Positions 22,308 through 32,581 of a stretch of 64,000 bases of DNA are shown here, one piece after another. The notes below the pieces were generated by a model. That model was not told the DNA's origin, ran no database searches, and saw only the letters and a program-made list of their open reading frames with translations. The stretch lies in the NCBI GenBank assembly GCA_963743305.1, contig CAVUPH010000008.1, positions 32,001-96,000 of the forward strand, read 5' to 3'. The translations under genes and the position numbers were made by a program. The stretch's first letter is position 1. Every line of letters starts with the position of its first letter. The DNA comes from an uncultured delta proteobacterium. Its GTDB lineage: Bacteria > Desulfobacterota > RBG-13-43-22.

Positions 22308-23227
22308 AAACCGAAAGCGCACTGGAAAAAGTTTTAGCCGCGGGCAACCTGGCGGTCACTTCCGAATGCGGTCCCCCGCGGGGAGCCGTCCCGGAAAAAG
22401 TCAAGGAAAAGGGCGAATTGCTCCGGGGAGTGGTTGATGCGGTCAATGTCACGGACAACCAGACGGCCATGGTCCGTATGTCGAGCTTTGCCGCCTCGGT
22501 CTTCCTGAAACAGATGGGGCTGAACCCCGTCCTGCAGATGGTCACCCGGGATCGAAACCGGCTGGCCATGCAGGCGGATATTCTCGGGGCCTATTCGCAC
22601 GGTATCGACACCATGCTCTGTCTGTCCGGCGATCATCCCCATTTCGGGGATCATCCCATGGCCGCCAGCGTCCACGATATCGATTCCATCCAGTTCATCC
22701 GGATGGTGAAAGACATGCGGGATGAAGGCAAGTTCCAGGGAGGTGCGGAGATCGAGAATCCGCCCAAGATGTTCATCGGGGCAGCTGCCAATCCCTTTGC
22801 CGATCCGTTCGAACTGCGGGTGGCCCGACTGGCCAAAAAAGTCGCCGCCGGGGTCGATTTCATCCAGACCCAGTGCATCTATAACCTGGATAAATTCGAA
22901 AAATGGATGGAAGGGGTTCGGGACCGGGGGCTTCATCGAAAATGCTATATTCTGGCCGGAATCACCCCCATGAAATCGGTCGGTATGGCCCGTTACATGA
23001 AGAACAAGGTGCCGGGCATGGACGTACCGGACGAAGTGGTCAAGCGAATGGCCGGGGTGCCCAAAGAAAAGCAGGCCGAGGAAGGCATCAAGATCTGCGT
23101 CGAAACCATTCAGCGCCTGAAAGAAGTGGAAGGCGTGGCCGGATTCCACATCATGGCCATCGAGTGGGAAGAGAAGGTTCCGGAGATCGTGGAAAGAGCC
23201 GGACTCCTTCCACGGCCCGCGGTTTAA
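22304..23227 (+). CDS. metF: Methylenetetrahydrofolate reductase
   Basis: SECGPP, NVTDN, RDRNR, LSGDHP and FIQTQ. Confidence 0.95.
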   Translation: MKTESALEKVLAAGNLAVTSECGPPRGAVPEKVKEKGELLRGVVDAVNVTDNQTAMVRMSSFAASVFLKQMGLNPVLQMVTRDRNRLAMQADILGAYSHGIDTMLCLSGDHPHFGDHPMAASVHDIDSIQFIRMVKDMRDEGKFQGGAEIENPPKMFIGAAANPFADPFELRVARLAKKVAAGVDFIQTQCIYNLDKFEKWMEGVRDRGLHRKCYILAGITPMKSVGMARYMKNKVPGMDVPDEVVKRMAGVPKEKQAEEGIKICVETIQRLKEVEGVAGFHIMAIEWEEKVPEIVERAGLLPRPAV

Positions 23228-23276
23228 TCGAATACCGGCAGTGTCCATAAACAACAATCGAGAAGGAGAAGAACGA

Positions 23277-23664
23277 ATGACTGACAAAAAACTGATCATG
23301 GTCGTGGACGACGATCCGGATCTGGTGGAATCGGTGGCCATGAAATTGGAGAGCAAGCAACTTCCGGGTGACCAAGGCCTACGACGGGGTCGAGGCCTGG
23401 AAAAGATCAAGGCGGAACGTCCGGCCTTGGTTATCCTGGATGTCATGATGCCGCGCAAGGACGGTTATACCGTCTGTGATGAGCTGAAAAAATCCGAGGA
23501 AACCAAGGATATCAGTCGTCGTGCTGCTCACCGCCGTCGCTGATGCGGTCAGCTCGACCAATTACACCCACATGGGCGGCAAAACCACCCTGGCGGACGA
23601 CTATATTCCGAAACCGATCGATCTGGACAAACTCATGGAAATCGTCAAGGACAATCTGGAGTAA
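23277..23664 (+). CDS. Stand-alone response regulator; indels
   Basis: MVVDDD, LDVMMP and, in a shifted frame, ADDYIPKPID. Confidence 0.85.
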
Positions 23665-23792
23665 ACTGTTCATGACCCGGTTAAAAGCAACCGGGGGCCC
23701 GGGCGGTTTCAGGCGAAGGGGAACTCCGCAACCTGAGGTGCACCGGACCTTCCCCGGGCCGGCGGTGATCCGGTCTCGATAAATTCTTTTTT

Positions 23793-24320
23793 ATGACGGC
23801 TCCCTTCCCAAACGCCGGAGGTCGGATCCGATTGGGCGGCATTAAACTGAGCCTGGAAATGGTCCAGTTGAATTGTCTTGATCGCCCGGGAGAGAATCTT
23901 CGGGCGGTCCGTCTTTTTCGCCTTTTGGCTGAAAACCGGATCAACCTGCCCTTTGTGGGCCTCAGCAGCACGACCCGAAATACCGTCTGTTCCTGCTGCC
24001 TGGAAACCGAAGATTTTGGCCAGGCTCAAGGGCTGCTGGAGCGGGATCCGGACTTGAGTTCCAGCGTAGAAAGTATAGCGCCGGTAGGGACGTTGACCTT
24101 TTTCCCACATCAATCCAGTCTCCAATTGCTGGGATTGGTTATGGCGGTTTTTGGGAGAACCGGGCTCCCGCTATACGGGACCGGAACTTCCTTATCCGCG
24201 CTGACCGTCAGTACCGACTACCGACTGCTGGACCAGGCACTCAACGCCCTGGAGACGGTACTGGAACTTCCGGCCCATCATACCCCCTTCCGCCCGGAAT
24301 TTCGAATCCGGCAGATATAA
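23793..24320 (+). CDS. ACT-domain protein (aspartokinase regulatory-subunit-like)
   Basis: RLFRLLAENRINL and GTSLSALTV fit tandem ACT patterns. Confidence 0.65.
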   Translation: MTAPFPNAGGRIRLGGIKLSLEMVQLNCLDRPGENLRAVRLFRLLAENRINLPFVGLSSTTRNTVCSCCLETEDFGQAQGLLERDPDLSSSVESIAPVGTLTFFPHQSSLQLLGLVMAVFGRTGLPLYGTGTSLSALTVSTDYRLLDQALNALETVLELPAHHTPFRPEFRIRQI

Positions 24321-24352
24321 TCCCTGGAATCATCCTCCGCGGAGACTGTACC

Positions 24353-24869
24353 TTGGAAACCATCGCCGTGTATTGGGAACCGGTCATCAAGACCTATGGA
24401 TTTATGGAAAAGACCGGCTTGTCCCTGTTCAAATTTTCCTGTCCGGTTGACCGGATGGCCGACTGGGGACACCGCCTGCAGGACTGGGGCACCGCCGGCG
24501 ACGGATTTATCATGGTCGCCGGTTCGAACCTGAACGGCAAAACCCTGCAATTCAATCTGCTGTTTGAGGCGCAGGGGGTAGACCGCTACCAGGCCTTCCT
24601 GGAAAAATGGTTGGAAGAAGAACCCCGGATGTCTCTGCAGGTTGAAAGTCCGGTGGAATTGATTTATTTCCATGGCCCCCATTACGGAGACCGGTATGGG
24701 ATTGCCAGCGCGGCTTTGAACGCCCTCGACCCTCCAGGCCGTATCGGTTCTGGCCATGGCCTGCACCGGCGCATCGGTTTACCTGATTATGCCGGAGGGG
24801 AAAGCCCGCGCAGCCCGGAAGGCCCTGGGGCAGGCCTTTTTAAGTCCCGAAACCGAAAAACAACCTTAG
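24353..24869 (+). CDS. ACT-like protein, artefactually fused to the next gene in the ORF track by an indel near 24735
   Basis: HGPHYGDRYGIA. The shifted frame reads VLAMACTGASVYL...KQP to TAG at 24867. Confidence 0.65.
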
Positions 24870-24874
24870 CTAAA

Positions 24875-26417
24875 ATGAATTCAAATCCGTCTGAAGAAAT
24901 TGATTTTAGACTGCGGGTCTTTGACTCCCTGTCCTTCCCGACCCTGATTCTGAAACCCGACCGCACCATCGTGGCCGCCAATCTGAAGCTGCTGGACACC
25001 TTTGGTCTCACCCGGAAGGATATCGTCGGCATGAGCTGTCAGGAATTTTTTCAGACCATGGCCGGCGACCCGGATCTCCCCTGCACCCAGTGCCCTCTGG
25101 AGCAAACCCTCTCGGAGGGTATTGGGCATTCCATTTTGCGACAAATCCAACACCCGGACGGCAGCAACCACTGGGAGGATCGTGTCTTTTCTCCTATCCT
25201 GGACCAAGATGGACAGGTCATTTATGTAATTGAATCCATCCGGGATGTCACCAGAACAAAAATTCTTGAAAAAAGTTTGCACGGCGTTCGGGAATTACTT
25301 GCCCGAGTCCTTCAAAGCTCCCCCAGCGCTATTGTGGCCGCTGACCGGGACGGCCGAATCCTGCTGATGAACAAGGCGGCCGAGGAACTGTTCGGGTATT
25401 CCTTAAAACCGGGGGAGCAAGTTGACGTCAGTTGTCTTTATCCTCCAGGCGCAGCCCGGGATATTATGAAAAAACTGCGGTCCGACGACTATGGGGGACG
25501 GGGCAAACTCCCGGTTACCCCCGTCAGCATCATCACGGCCCAAAAGGAACAAATCCCGGTGGAAATGACCGCCGCCATCATTTATGAGAACGGCCAGGAA
25601 ACGGCTACCATGGGGATTTATAATGACCTGCGGGAACGCCTGTCCGTAAGAAATAGGTTGGAGGAGGCCCAGGCCCAATTGGTCCAGGCCGAAAAAATGG
25701 CTTCCCTGGGACAGTTGGCGGCCGGAGTGGCCCATGAAATCAATAATCCCCTGACCGGGATTCTCATGTACGGCAACCTGCTGAAGGAAAAACTACGGGA
25801 GAGATCCACTGCTCCAGGACAGCCTGAACTATATTCTGGAGGATGCGGAACGCTGCCGGGACATTGTGAAAAATCTATTGGCCTACAGCCGCCAATCGAG
25901 CACTTCACGCGAACGTTTTTCACTGAATACCCTGATGGATGAGAGCTTTACACTGATTCGGGATCAGAAACTGTTTATCAACGTGACCATCCGCAAATTT
26001 CTTTCCGAAGACAGCTTGCTGGTGAAGGCGGACCGCAAAAAAATGAGCCAGGTCGTTATCAACCTGATTATGAATGCTCTAGATGTCATGGAAAAAAAGG
26101 GAATCCTGACCGTGAGAACCTATCGAGGATGATGAAAACAAACTGGCCTGTTTGGAGATATCCGATACCGGAAGCGGAATCCCGAAAGAAAATCTGAACC
26201 GGATATTTGATCCGTTTTTTACCACCAAGGAACCGGGAAAGGGAACCGGTCTGGGTTTGAGCACCGCCTATGGCATCGTTAAAGACAATCAGGGGAAATT
26301 TTCGTCAAAGAAACCGGACCGGAGGGAACCACCTTTCTGGTGAGGCTTCCGCAGGACCTCGATTCCCCGGACTCTTGGCTCCGGATTCGATTGGCTAGCC
26401 GAGCGGACTCTGGATAA
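24875..26417 (+). CDS. Cytoplasmic dual-PAS histidine kinase; indels, end approximate
   Basis: Two PAS domains, [33 protein letters not shown] and [15 protein letters not shown]. Confidence 0.88.
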
Positions 26418-26486
26418 CCAACGGAGAGACAAAGAATTCTGGAAAGCACCAGGCTTATTTTCGCCGGGCTGTCAACGAGGAGTGCG

Positions 26487-27965
26487 ATGACTACTGAAAT
26501 AGCGGTTGAAACCAGTCATATCCCCCGGATCCTGGTGGTGGATGATGAGCCACGCATCCGGGAGGCCTGCAAACTGGTGCTGGAAGAGTGCGGATACGAG
26601 GTCAGTCTGGCTTCCACCGGGGCGCAGGCCTTGGAAAAGATCCCGGCCGATCATTTCGACATCGTTCTGCTTGGATCTGATGATGCCGGAGATGTCCGGT
26701 TTCGAAGTCCTGGCCAGGGTAAGGCTACTGGATCCGGACACGGCCGTGATCGTGATCACCGGCTACGCCACGCTGGAGCATTCGGTGGACGCCATGAAGA
26801 AAGGGGGCTTTCGATTTCATCCCCAAGCCCTTCACCCCGGAACATCTCCGGGTCACCGTGTCCAAAGCCATCGATTACACCCGGGCGCTGTGGGACATTG
26901 CGGATACCCGCTCCCGGCTGCGCACCATGGTCAACCACATCTCCGACGGGGTGCATGTGCACCAACCAGCAGAATAAGGTCGCCCTGGCCAATCCGGCCT
27001 TTTTAAGGATGATCGGCTGCCCGGTGCAATCGATGATCGGACGGGGCATCGAAGAATTCATCGTCCTTCCCCGGTTGCTGGAAATGATCTCCCAGGCCCT
27101 GGAGATGCCCGAATCGGAATTCTCGGAATTAACGGAAGAAATGGCCCTGAACGGTTTGGACCGGCCGGAAGAAATCATCCTGAGCATTCGCTGCGCACCT
27201 TTCCGGGACCGCAACGGCCGAAACCTGGGGGTCATCACCGTGGTACACGACATTACCGCCCTAAAGTTGATGGATCGCAAGAAATCTCAATTTGTTTCTA
27301 CGGTGAGCCACGAAATCCAAAGCCCGATGAACTCGGTCCTGATGCAGCTCAAGGTAATCCTGGACGGATTGGCCGGGGAGGTGACGGAAAAACAGCGTTC
27401 CATTTTGATGCGGGCTTCAGAAAAGATCAATAATCTTTCCAGCCTGGCTGCTGAACTGCTCAACCTGGCGCGGATTGAATCCGGCTTGATCTCGTTGGAA
27501 CGGGAGCCGGTAGATATGGCCGCCGTCATCCGGGAACAGGTCGCCTTTCTCCTGCCCCGGGCGGAATCGGAATCCATCCGCTTGGAGATCGATGTCCCGG
27601 AAATCCTGCCCCTCATCTTGGCCAATCGCCAAAACATGGACGAGGTTATGTCCAACTTGATCACCAACGCCATCAAATACAGTCCGGGGGGCGGTCGGGT
27701 TACGGTCTCGGCCTCCGCCGAGAATGAATATCTCTGCATCCGGGTCCAGGATACCGGATTAGGGATCCGTCCGGAAGATTTGAATTTGATATTTCAACAA
27801 TTCTATCGCGTGAAAGACGAAAAAACCCGCTATATCAACGGCACGGGTCTGGGTCTGGCCATCGTCCAAAGTATCCTGGAATCCCACCAGGGCCAAATCA
27901 AGGTGGAGAGCCAACCCGGAAAGGGCAGCACTTTTTCCGTCTTCCTGCCGGTGCTTTCGGCCTGA
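26487..27965 (+). CDS. Hybrid REC-PAS-histidine kinase; indels
   Basis: ILVVDDE, LDLMMP (shifted frame), PAS, SHEIQSP, NAIKY and GTGLGL. Confidence 0.88.
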   Translation: MTTEIAVETSHIPRILVVDDEPRIREACKLVLEECGYEVSLASTGAQALEKIPADHFDIVLLGSDDAGDVRFRSPGQGKATGSGHGRDRDHRLRHAGAFGGRHEERGLSISSPSPSPRNISGSPCPKPSITPGRCGTLRIPAPGCAPWSTTSPTGCMCTNQQNKVALANPAFLRMIGCPVQSMIGRGIEEFIVLPRLLEMISQALEMPESEFSELTEEMALNGLDRPEEIILSIRCAPFRDRNGRNLGVITVVHDITALKLMDRKKSQFVSTVSHEIQSPMNSVLMQLKVILDGLAGEVTEKQRSILMRASEKINNLSSLAAELLNLARIESGLISLEREPVDMAAVIREQVAFLLPRAESESIRLEIDVPEILPLILANRQNMDEVMSNLITNAIKYSPGGGRVTVSASAENEYLCIRVQDTGLGIRPEDLNLIFQQFYRVKDEKTRYINGTGLGLAIVQSILESHQGQIKVESQPGKGSTFSVFLPVLSA

Positions 27966-28087
27966 TCGCCATCCCCTGGTCTCCTATCCGCATTTCTTCC
28001 TCTTCCCTCGTCCCGGCATATCTAAAGTGGAAATAGCCGCGGTTTGAAGCTGCCTCCGACTCTGTCCTGAACACTTTCTTTTTTTAG

Positions 28088-28225
28088 TGCAATTTGCATT
28101 GTTTAAACAACTTAACAATTGCATTATGCATTATTTTATTTAGGTGACTAGTCCTCGGTTATTCTTATTAACTTATGATTCTAATAAATATTATATCTAA
28201 ATCCAACTTTGGCATTTTTCTTGAA
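28088..28225 (+). promoter_or_regulatory. Sigma54 promoter with two upstream palindromic activator sites (OrpR-type) and a possible IHF site
   Basis: TTGGCATTTTTCTTGAA at 28209-28225, TGCAATTTGCA at 28088 and TGCATTATGCA at 28120, and AATCATAAGTTA on the minus strand near 28170. Confidence 0.7.
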
Positions 28226-28271
28226 GTCTATGAGCACAAAGACGAATGGATTAGTGAAAGGAGGACGGATA

Positions 28272-28586
28272 ATGAAACCAAGACCGGAGGTCACTCAAAG
28301 CTTGCCCCTGAATAAGGAGGGCTTTATCAAGAATCCTCAGAATTGGGATGCGCATTTCACCGAGAAGTACGCCGAGCAAATGAACGTCCCTTTAGGGCCA
28401 GTCCACTGGAAAATAATCCAATACTTTCGACAGTACTACGATAAGCACGGCCTGGCGCCCATGTTTACTCTGATTCGGAAAGAGCTGGGCTACAGCCGAA
28501 AACAGTTGATCGAGATTTTTAAGGTCGAGAAGGCACGGGACATCTGCAAGCTGGCCGGACTCCCTCGATCGATGGGCATGGTTTAA
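28272..28586 (+). CDS. TusE/DsrC family protein lacking the penultimate cysteine
   Basis: EGFIKNPQNW, HWKIIQYFRQYY and ICKLAGLPRSMGMV. Confidence 0.85.
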   Translation: MKPRPEVTQSLPLNKEGFIKNPQNWDAHFTEKYAEQMNVPLGPVHWKIIQYFRQYYDKHGLAPMFTLIRKELGYSRKQLIEIFKVEKARDICKLAGLPRSMGMV

Positions 28587-28612
28587 GCGCTGAGTAAGAA
28601 AGGGACTGCGTG

Positions 28613-28972
28613 ATGAAATTAGCCGTAAGTGCCCGGGGCCAAACCCTGGACAGCGAACTGGACCCGCGATTCGGGCGGGCAAAATATTTTCTCCTGGTGG
28701 ACCCGGATGGTGGTTCCCTGGAGGTGGTGGAAAATAAGCAAAACCTGCAACTGGCCCAGGGGGCAGGCATTCAGGCGGCTCAGACTGTGGTGGAAAGCGG
28801 GGCGCAGACGGTTCTGACGGGAAACTGCGGGCCCAAGGCCTTTAAGGTTCTGGAGGCCGCCAAGATCCCGGTGGCCGTGGGTCTTTCAGGCACCGTCAGG
28901 GAGGCCCTCCAGCAGTATAAGGAGAATAAGCTATCCTTTGCCCAGGGCCCGAACGTGGAAGGGCATTGGTAA
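28613..28972 (+). CDS. Orange protein-like NifB/NifX family protein
   Basis: DPRFGRAKYF, GAGIQAAQ and TGNCGPKAF. Confidence 0.9.
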   Translation: MKLAVSARGQTLDSELDPRFGRAKYFLLVDPDGGSLEVVENKQNLQLAQGAGIQAAQTVVESGAQTVLTGNCGPKAFKVLEAAKIPVAVGLSGTVREALQQYKENKLSFAQGPNVEGHW

Positions 28973-29004
28973 AAGAACCAACATCAAAGAGAAAGGAGCA
29001 GGTT

Positions 29005-29206
29005 ATGCCAAGAAGAGATGGTACCGGGCCGGCCGGGGCCGGTCAGAGGTAAAGGATTTGGTAGTGGGGGCGGGGGAGGAGCCGGCCTGGGAGCCGGAGG
29101 AAATTGTGTCTGCCCGAAATGCGGTCAAAAAAGCCCCCATACCCGGGGAGTCCCGTGCAACACCCAGAAATGTCCCCAATGCGGGTCCTTGATGGCTCGA
29201 GGATGA
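29005..29206 (+). CDS. Small Gly-rich, Cys-rich protein (DUF5320-like N-terminus); one indel
   Basis: RBS aaggag then MPRRDGTGP, followed by CVCPKCG..PHTRGVPC...CPQCG. Confidence 0.75.
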
Positions 29207-29275
29207 TAAGGTTGTTCGCCCTTTTGTGTAAGCGGCCAGAGAATATGGCAGCTAAGTCTGATATTGGGCCTCCGA

Positions 29276-29486
29276 GGCCGACGGGTCTCGACGAAAGGGT
29301 TCTCCACAATTCTTTATAGGTTCTACCCCGGCCCCCGTTTTTTAAAATCTTCCTTGAGGCAGGGCCACCCTGAAAAACTCTATAAGCCTCTTGGTTTGGG
29401 CCTGCTTCAATTAGAATTAGCAACTTAGGCCCGGATTCGAAGTCCGGAGTAGCTTGGGAAAACCCTTTCGCCGAGACCCGTCGGCC
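29276..29486. repeat. 211-bp foldback element with 30-bp terminal inverted repeats (MITE or structured RNA)
   Basis: GGCCGACGGGTCTCGACGAAAGGGTTCTCC (29276-29305) matches the reverse complement of 29457-29486 with 2 mismatches. An inner stem 29354-29366/29398-29410 shares the same centre. Confidence 0.75.
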
Positions 29487-29558
29487 ATACCAGGTCTGGG
29501 GGATACTCACCCAAAAGTGTGTGACAAAAAATAATATAGATGTAAAGGAGCAGCCGTA

Positions 29559-30812
29559 ATGTCAAACTGTGGCAAGGAAATACCAACCATTAAAAATGAT
29601 GATCCCCACCAGAAGCAAGACGCCCTGATCGCTCGATCCCTTTCCCGGATCGGCCATAAGTTGTTGGTTATGAGCGGCAAGGGCGGGGTAGGAAAGAGCA
29701 GCCTGGCCGTCAATCTGGCCACCGCCTTGTCGCTTAAAGGCTACACGGTCGGTCTGATGGATGTGGATCTCCACGGGCCCAGTATCGCCCGCATGCTGGG
29801 ACTCGACGGGGTGGCGTTCGTCCGTCCGGAAGAAGAGGCCATTTACCCCCTGAAGGTCGACGATCATTTGAAGGTCATCTCCATCGAGGCCCTGATGCCC
29901 GACAAGGATTCGGCGGTTATCTGGAGGGGACCCCTGAAGATCAGCGTCATTCGTCAATTTGTTTCGGACGTCGTCTGGGGAGACTTGGATTTTCTGGTGA
30001 TCGACTCCCCGCCGGGGACCGGGGATGAGCCCTTGACCGTGGCGCAGACGATTCCCGATGCCCTGGCCGTTATTGTGACTACGCCTCAGAATATCTCCCT
30101 GGCCGACGTCCGGAAATCCATTAATTTCTGCCGCCAGGTGAATATGAACATCCTGGGACTGGTGGAAAATATGAGCGGCTATACCTGTCCCCACTGCGGC
30201 CAGGAAACCGCGTTATTCAAGAAAGGGGGCGGAGAAAAAACGGCCCGACAGATGAACGTGCCCTTTCTGGGAAGTTTGCCCATAGATATTCGTTTAATGG
30301 AAGCGGAGGATGAGGGCCGGGCCTATCTGACCCATCAACCGGAAGCCCCTTTTAAGGATTCCCTGGATGGAATCGTCCATAAGATCCTTCAGTCTATAGG
30401 GCCGATTCCAGAAACCAAGACGATTGAAACCAAAGAAAAGGAGCTCACCATGCCTGAAAACCCGATTACGCTGACCGACCTGAAAATCGCCATTCCTTTG
30501 GCCGAGGGGATGCTTTGCAACCATTTCGGCCATTGCGAGCAGTTTGCCCTGATCGACCTTAAAGGCCGGGAAATCACCCAGAAGGAACTGATCACCCCGC
30601 CCCCCCATGAACCCGGGCTCCTTCCCCGGTGGCTGGGCGAGAAAGGGGTCAACCTGATTATTGCCGGGGGCATGGGTCAGCGGGCCATTACGCTTTTTAC
30701 GGAAAGGGGAATCAAGGTCCTCACCGGCGCCCCGCAACTCCCTCCCGAAGAATTGATTGGCCATTATCTTAGCCAGACCCTGATCACCGGTGCGAATGTC
30801 TGTGATCATTAA
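29559..30812 (+). CDS. Mrp/NBP35 Fe-S carrier ATPase fused to a NifB/NifX domain (MrpORP-like)
   Basis: SGKGGVGKS, DVDLHGPS, DSPPGTGDE and ENMSGYTCPHC, then HFGHCEQF, PPHEPG and AGGMG. Confidence 0.92.
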   Translation: MSNCGKEIPTIKNDDPHQKQDALIARSLSRIGHKLLVMSGKGGVGKSSLAVNLATALSLKGYTVGLMDVDLHGPSIARMLGLDGVAFVRPEEEAIYPLKVDDHLKVISIEALMPDKDSAVIWRGPLKISVIRQFVSDVVWGDLDFLVIDSPPGTGDEPLTVAQTIPDALAVIVTTPQNISLADVRKSINFCRQVNMNILGLVENMSGYTCPHCGQETALFKKGGGEKTARQMNVPFLGSLPIDIRLMEAEDEGRAYLTHQPEAPFKDSLDGIVHKILQSIGPIPETKTIETKEKELTMPENPITLTDLKIAIPLAEGMLCNHFGHCEQFALIDLKGREITQKELITPPPHEPGLLPRWLGEKGVNLIIAGGMGQRAITLFTERGIKVLTGAPQLPPEELIGHYLSQTLITGANVCDH

Positions 30813-30822
30813 TTAAAAACTC

Positions 30823-31689
30823 ATGATTATTTCAGTAGCCAGCGGCAAGGGAGGAACGGGCAAGACCAGCGTGGCGGTGGCCTTGGCCCAGTCCCTGGAT
30901 GGACCGGTAAATCTGCTCGATTGTGATGTGGAAGCGCCGAACGCCCATCTATTTCTAAATATTCCCTGGGGGCCGAAGGAAACCCTTTATCTGGAAATCC
31001 CCCAGGTGGATGAAACCAAGTGCACCCATTGCCGGGCCTGTTCCCAGATCTGTCAGTTCAAGGCCATTCTGGTCTTGGGGGAAACGATCCTGATCTTCCC
31101 GGAGATGTGCCATGCCTGCGGGGGTTGTTTCCGGGTTTGCGAACCCCGGGCCCTCTTGCCCGGGAAGAAAGAGCTGGGGGTTATTGCCCAGGTGGAGGCC
31201 GGCGGGATACACCTGGTTCAGGGAGAGTTGAAGATCGGAGAACCCCTGTCCCCTCCTTTGATTCGGGAAGTAAAAAAAAGGGGCCTCCCCCAGCGGCCGA
31301 CCCTGATTGACGCCCCTCCGGGGACTTCCTGTCCAGTCATTCAGGCGGTGAAGGATTCGGATTTTTGCCTGCTGGTGACCGAGCCCACCCCCTTCGGCCT
31401 TTACGATCTCCGACTGGCCGTGGAAGCCTTGAAGATCCTGCGGATTCCCTGCGGGGTGGTTTTAAATCGGGCGGATATGGGCGATGACCAGGTAGAGCAC
31501 TACCTGAAGAAGGAGGGGATCCCGCTGCTTTTCAAAATCCCTTTTGATCGTCGGATCGCCGAAGGCTACGCCCGGGGCCAATCCCTACTGGAGGTGAAAC
31601 CTGAAATGAAACCCGACTTCCAGGAACTCCTCCGGAAAATTACCACGCTGGTGCCACCGGAGCGAAGGAGGGACGATGTCCTCCACTAA
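30823..31689 (+). CDS. MinD-like P-loop ATPase with an inserted ferredoxin (Orp-complex ATPase)
   Basis: SGKGGTGKT, DCDVEAPN, 2x[4Fe-4S], DAPPGTSCP and TEPTPFG. Confidence 0.92.
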   Translation: MIISVASGKGGTGKTSVAVALAQSLDGPVNLLDCDVEAPNAHLFLNIPWGPKETLYLEIPQVDETKCTHCRACSQICQFKAILVLGETILIFPEMCHACGGCFRVCEPRALLPGKKELGVIAQVEAGGIHLVQGELKIGEPLSPPLIREVKKRGLPQRPTLIDAPPGTSCPVIQAVKDSDFCLLVTEPTPFGLYDLRLAVEALKILRIPCGVVLNRADMGDDQVEHYLKKEGIPLLFKIPFDRRIAEGYARGQSLLEVKPEMKPDFQELLRKITTLVPPERRRDDVLH

Positions 31690-32581
31690 AATTAAAGAAA
31701 TCGTGGTCTTGAGTGGCAAGGGCGGAACGGGAAAAACCAGCCTGGTAGGGGCCTTGGCGGCCATCATTCCGGATAAGATCCTGGTTGATTGCGATGTGGA
31801 TGCCCCGGACCTGCACCTCCTGCTCGATCCGCAAAAACGAAAAACCGAACGTTTTTTGGGAGGGCGGAAGGCCGTCATCCGGGCGGAAAGCTGCACCGCC
31901 TGTGGTTTGTGTCGGGAGGTTTGCAACTTTCAGGCTATTAGTGAAGACTACCGGGTAGACCCTTTTTCTTGCGAGGGCTGCGGGGTCTGCGTGCATTTCT
32001 GCCCGGTCCAGGCGATCGATTTTCCCCTGGTCGAATGTGGCCAGTGGTTTGTCTCCGCTACCCGTTTTGGTCCTCTGGTGCATGCCCAGTTGGGGGTGGC
32101 CCAGGAAAATTCAGGCCTGCTGGTGTCCCTTGTCCGACAGCAGGCCCGGGATCTGGCCGAGGAGCAGGGGCGACCGCTGATCCTCATCGACGGACCTCCC
32201 GGCATCGGGTGTCCGGTCATTTCGTCGGTTACCGGAACCGACGCGGTGCTGCTGGTCACTGAACCCACCCTTTCGGGCCTCCATGACTTGAACCGGGTGG
32301 TGGAATTGCTCCGACATTTTAAGGTCCCGGGGATGATCCTGATTAATAAATTCGATCTTCAGCCCGACGTTTCCCGGAAGATCGAGGATTATGCTCGAAA
32401 AAACAACCTGGAGGTTCTGGGAAGGCTCCCCTATGATCCCGTCGTCACCCAGGCCATGGTGGCGGCCCAGACCATCCCTGAATATGCGCCTGACGGGCTG
32501 GGCCGAGAAATAGAGATCCTCTGGGAGCGGACGCTGGACTTCCTGAACCAAATTCCAAATGATGGACATGGAAATGGATAA
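31676..32581 (+). CDS. Second MinD-like P-loop ATPase with an inserted ferredoxin
   Basis: SGKGGTGKT, DCDVDAPD, CEGCGVC, DGPPGIGCP and TEPTLSG. Confidence 0.92.
   Translation: MSSTKIKEIVVLSGKGGTGKTSLVGALAAIIPDKILVDCDVDAPDLHLLLDPQKRKTERFLGGRKAVIRAESCTACGLCREVCNFQAISEDYRVDPFSCEGCGVCVHFCPVQAIDFPLVECGQWFVSATRFGPLVHAQLGVAQENSGLLVSLVRQQARDLAEEQGRPLILIDGPPGIGCPVISSVTGTDAVLLVTEPTLSGLHDLNRVVELLRHFKVPGMILINKFDLQPDVSRKIEDYARKNNLEVLGRLPYDPVVTQAMVAAQTIPEYAPDGLGREIEILWERTLDFLNQIPNDGHGNG

Noticed and set aside
24353-25942. Apparent ACT-PAS-kinase fusion ORF (529 aa)
   Set aside because: An indel near 24735 bypasses the ACT gene's stop at 24867, and the kinase has its own ATG at 24875.
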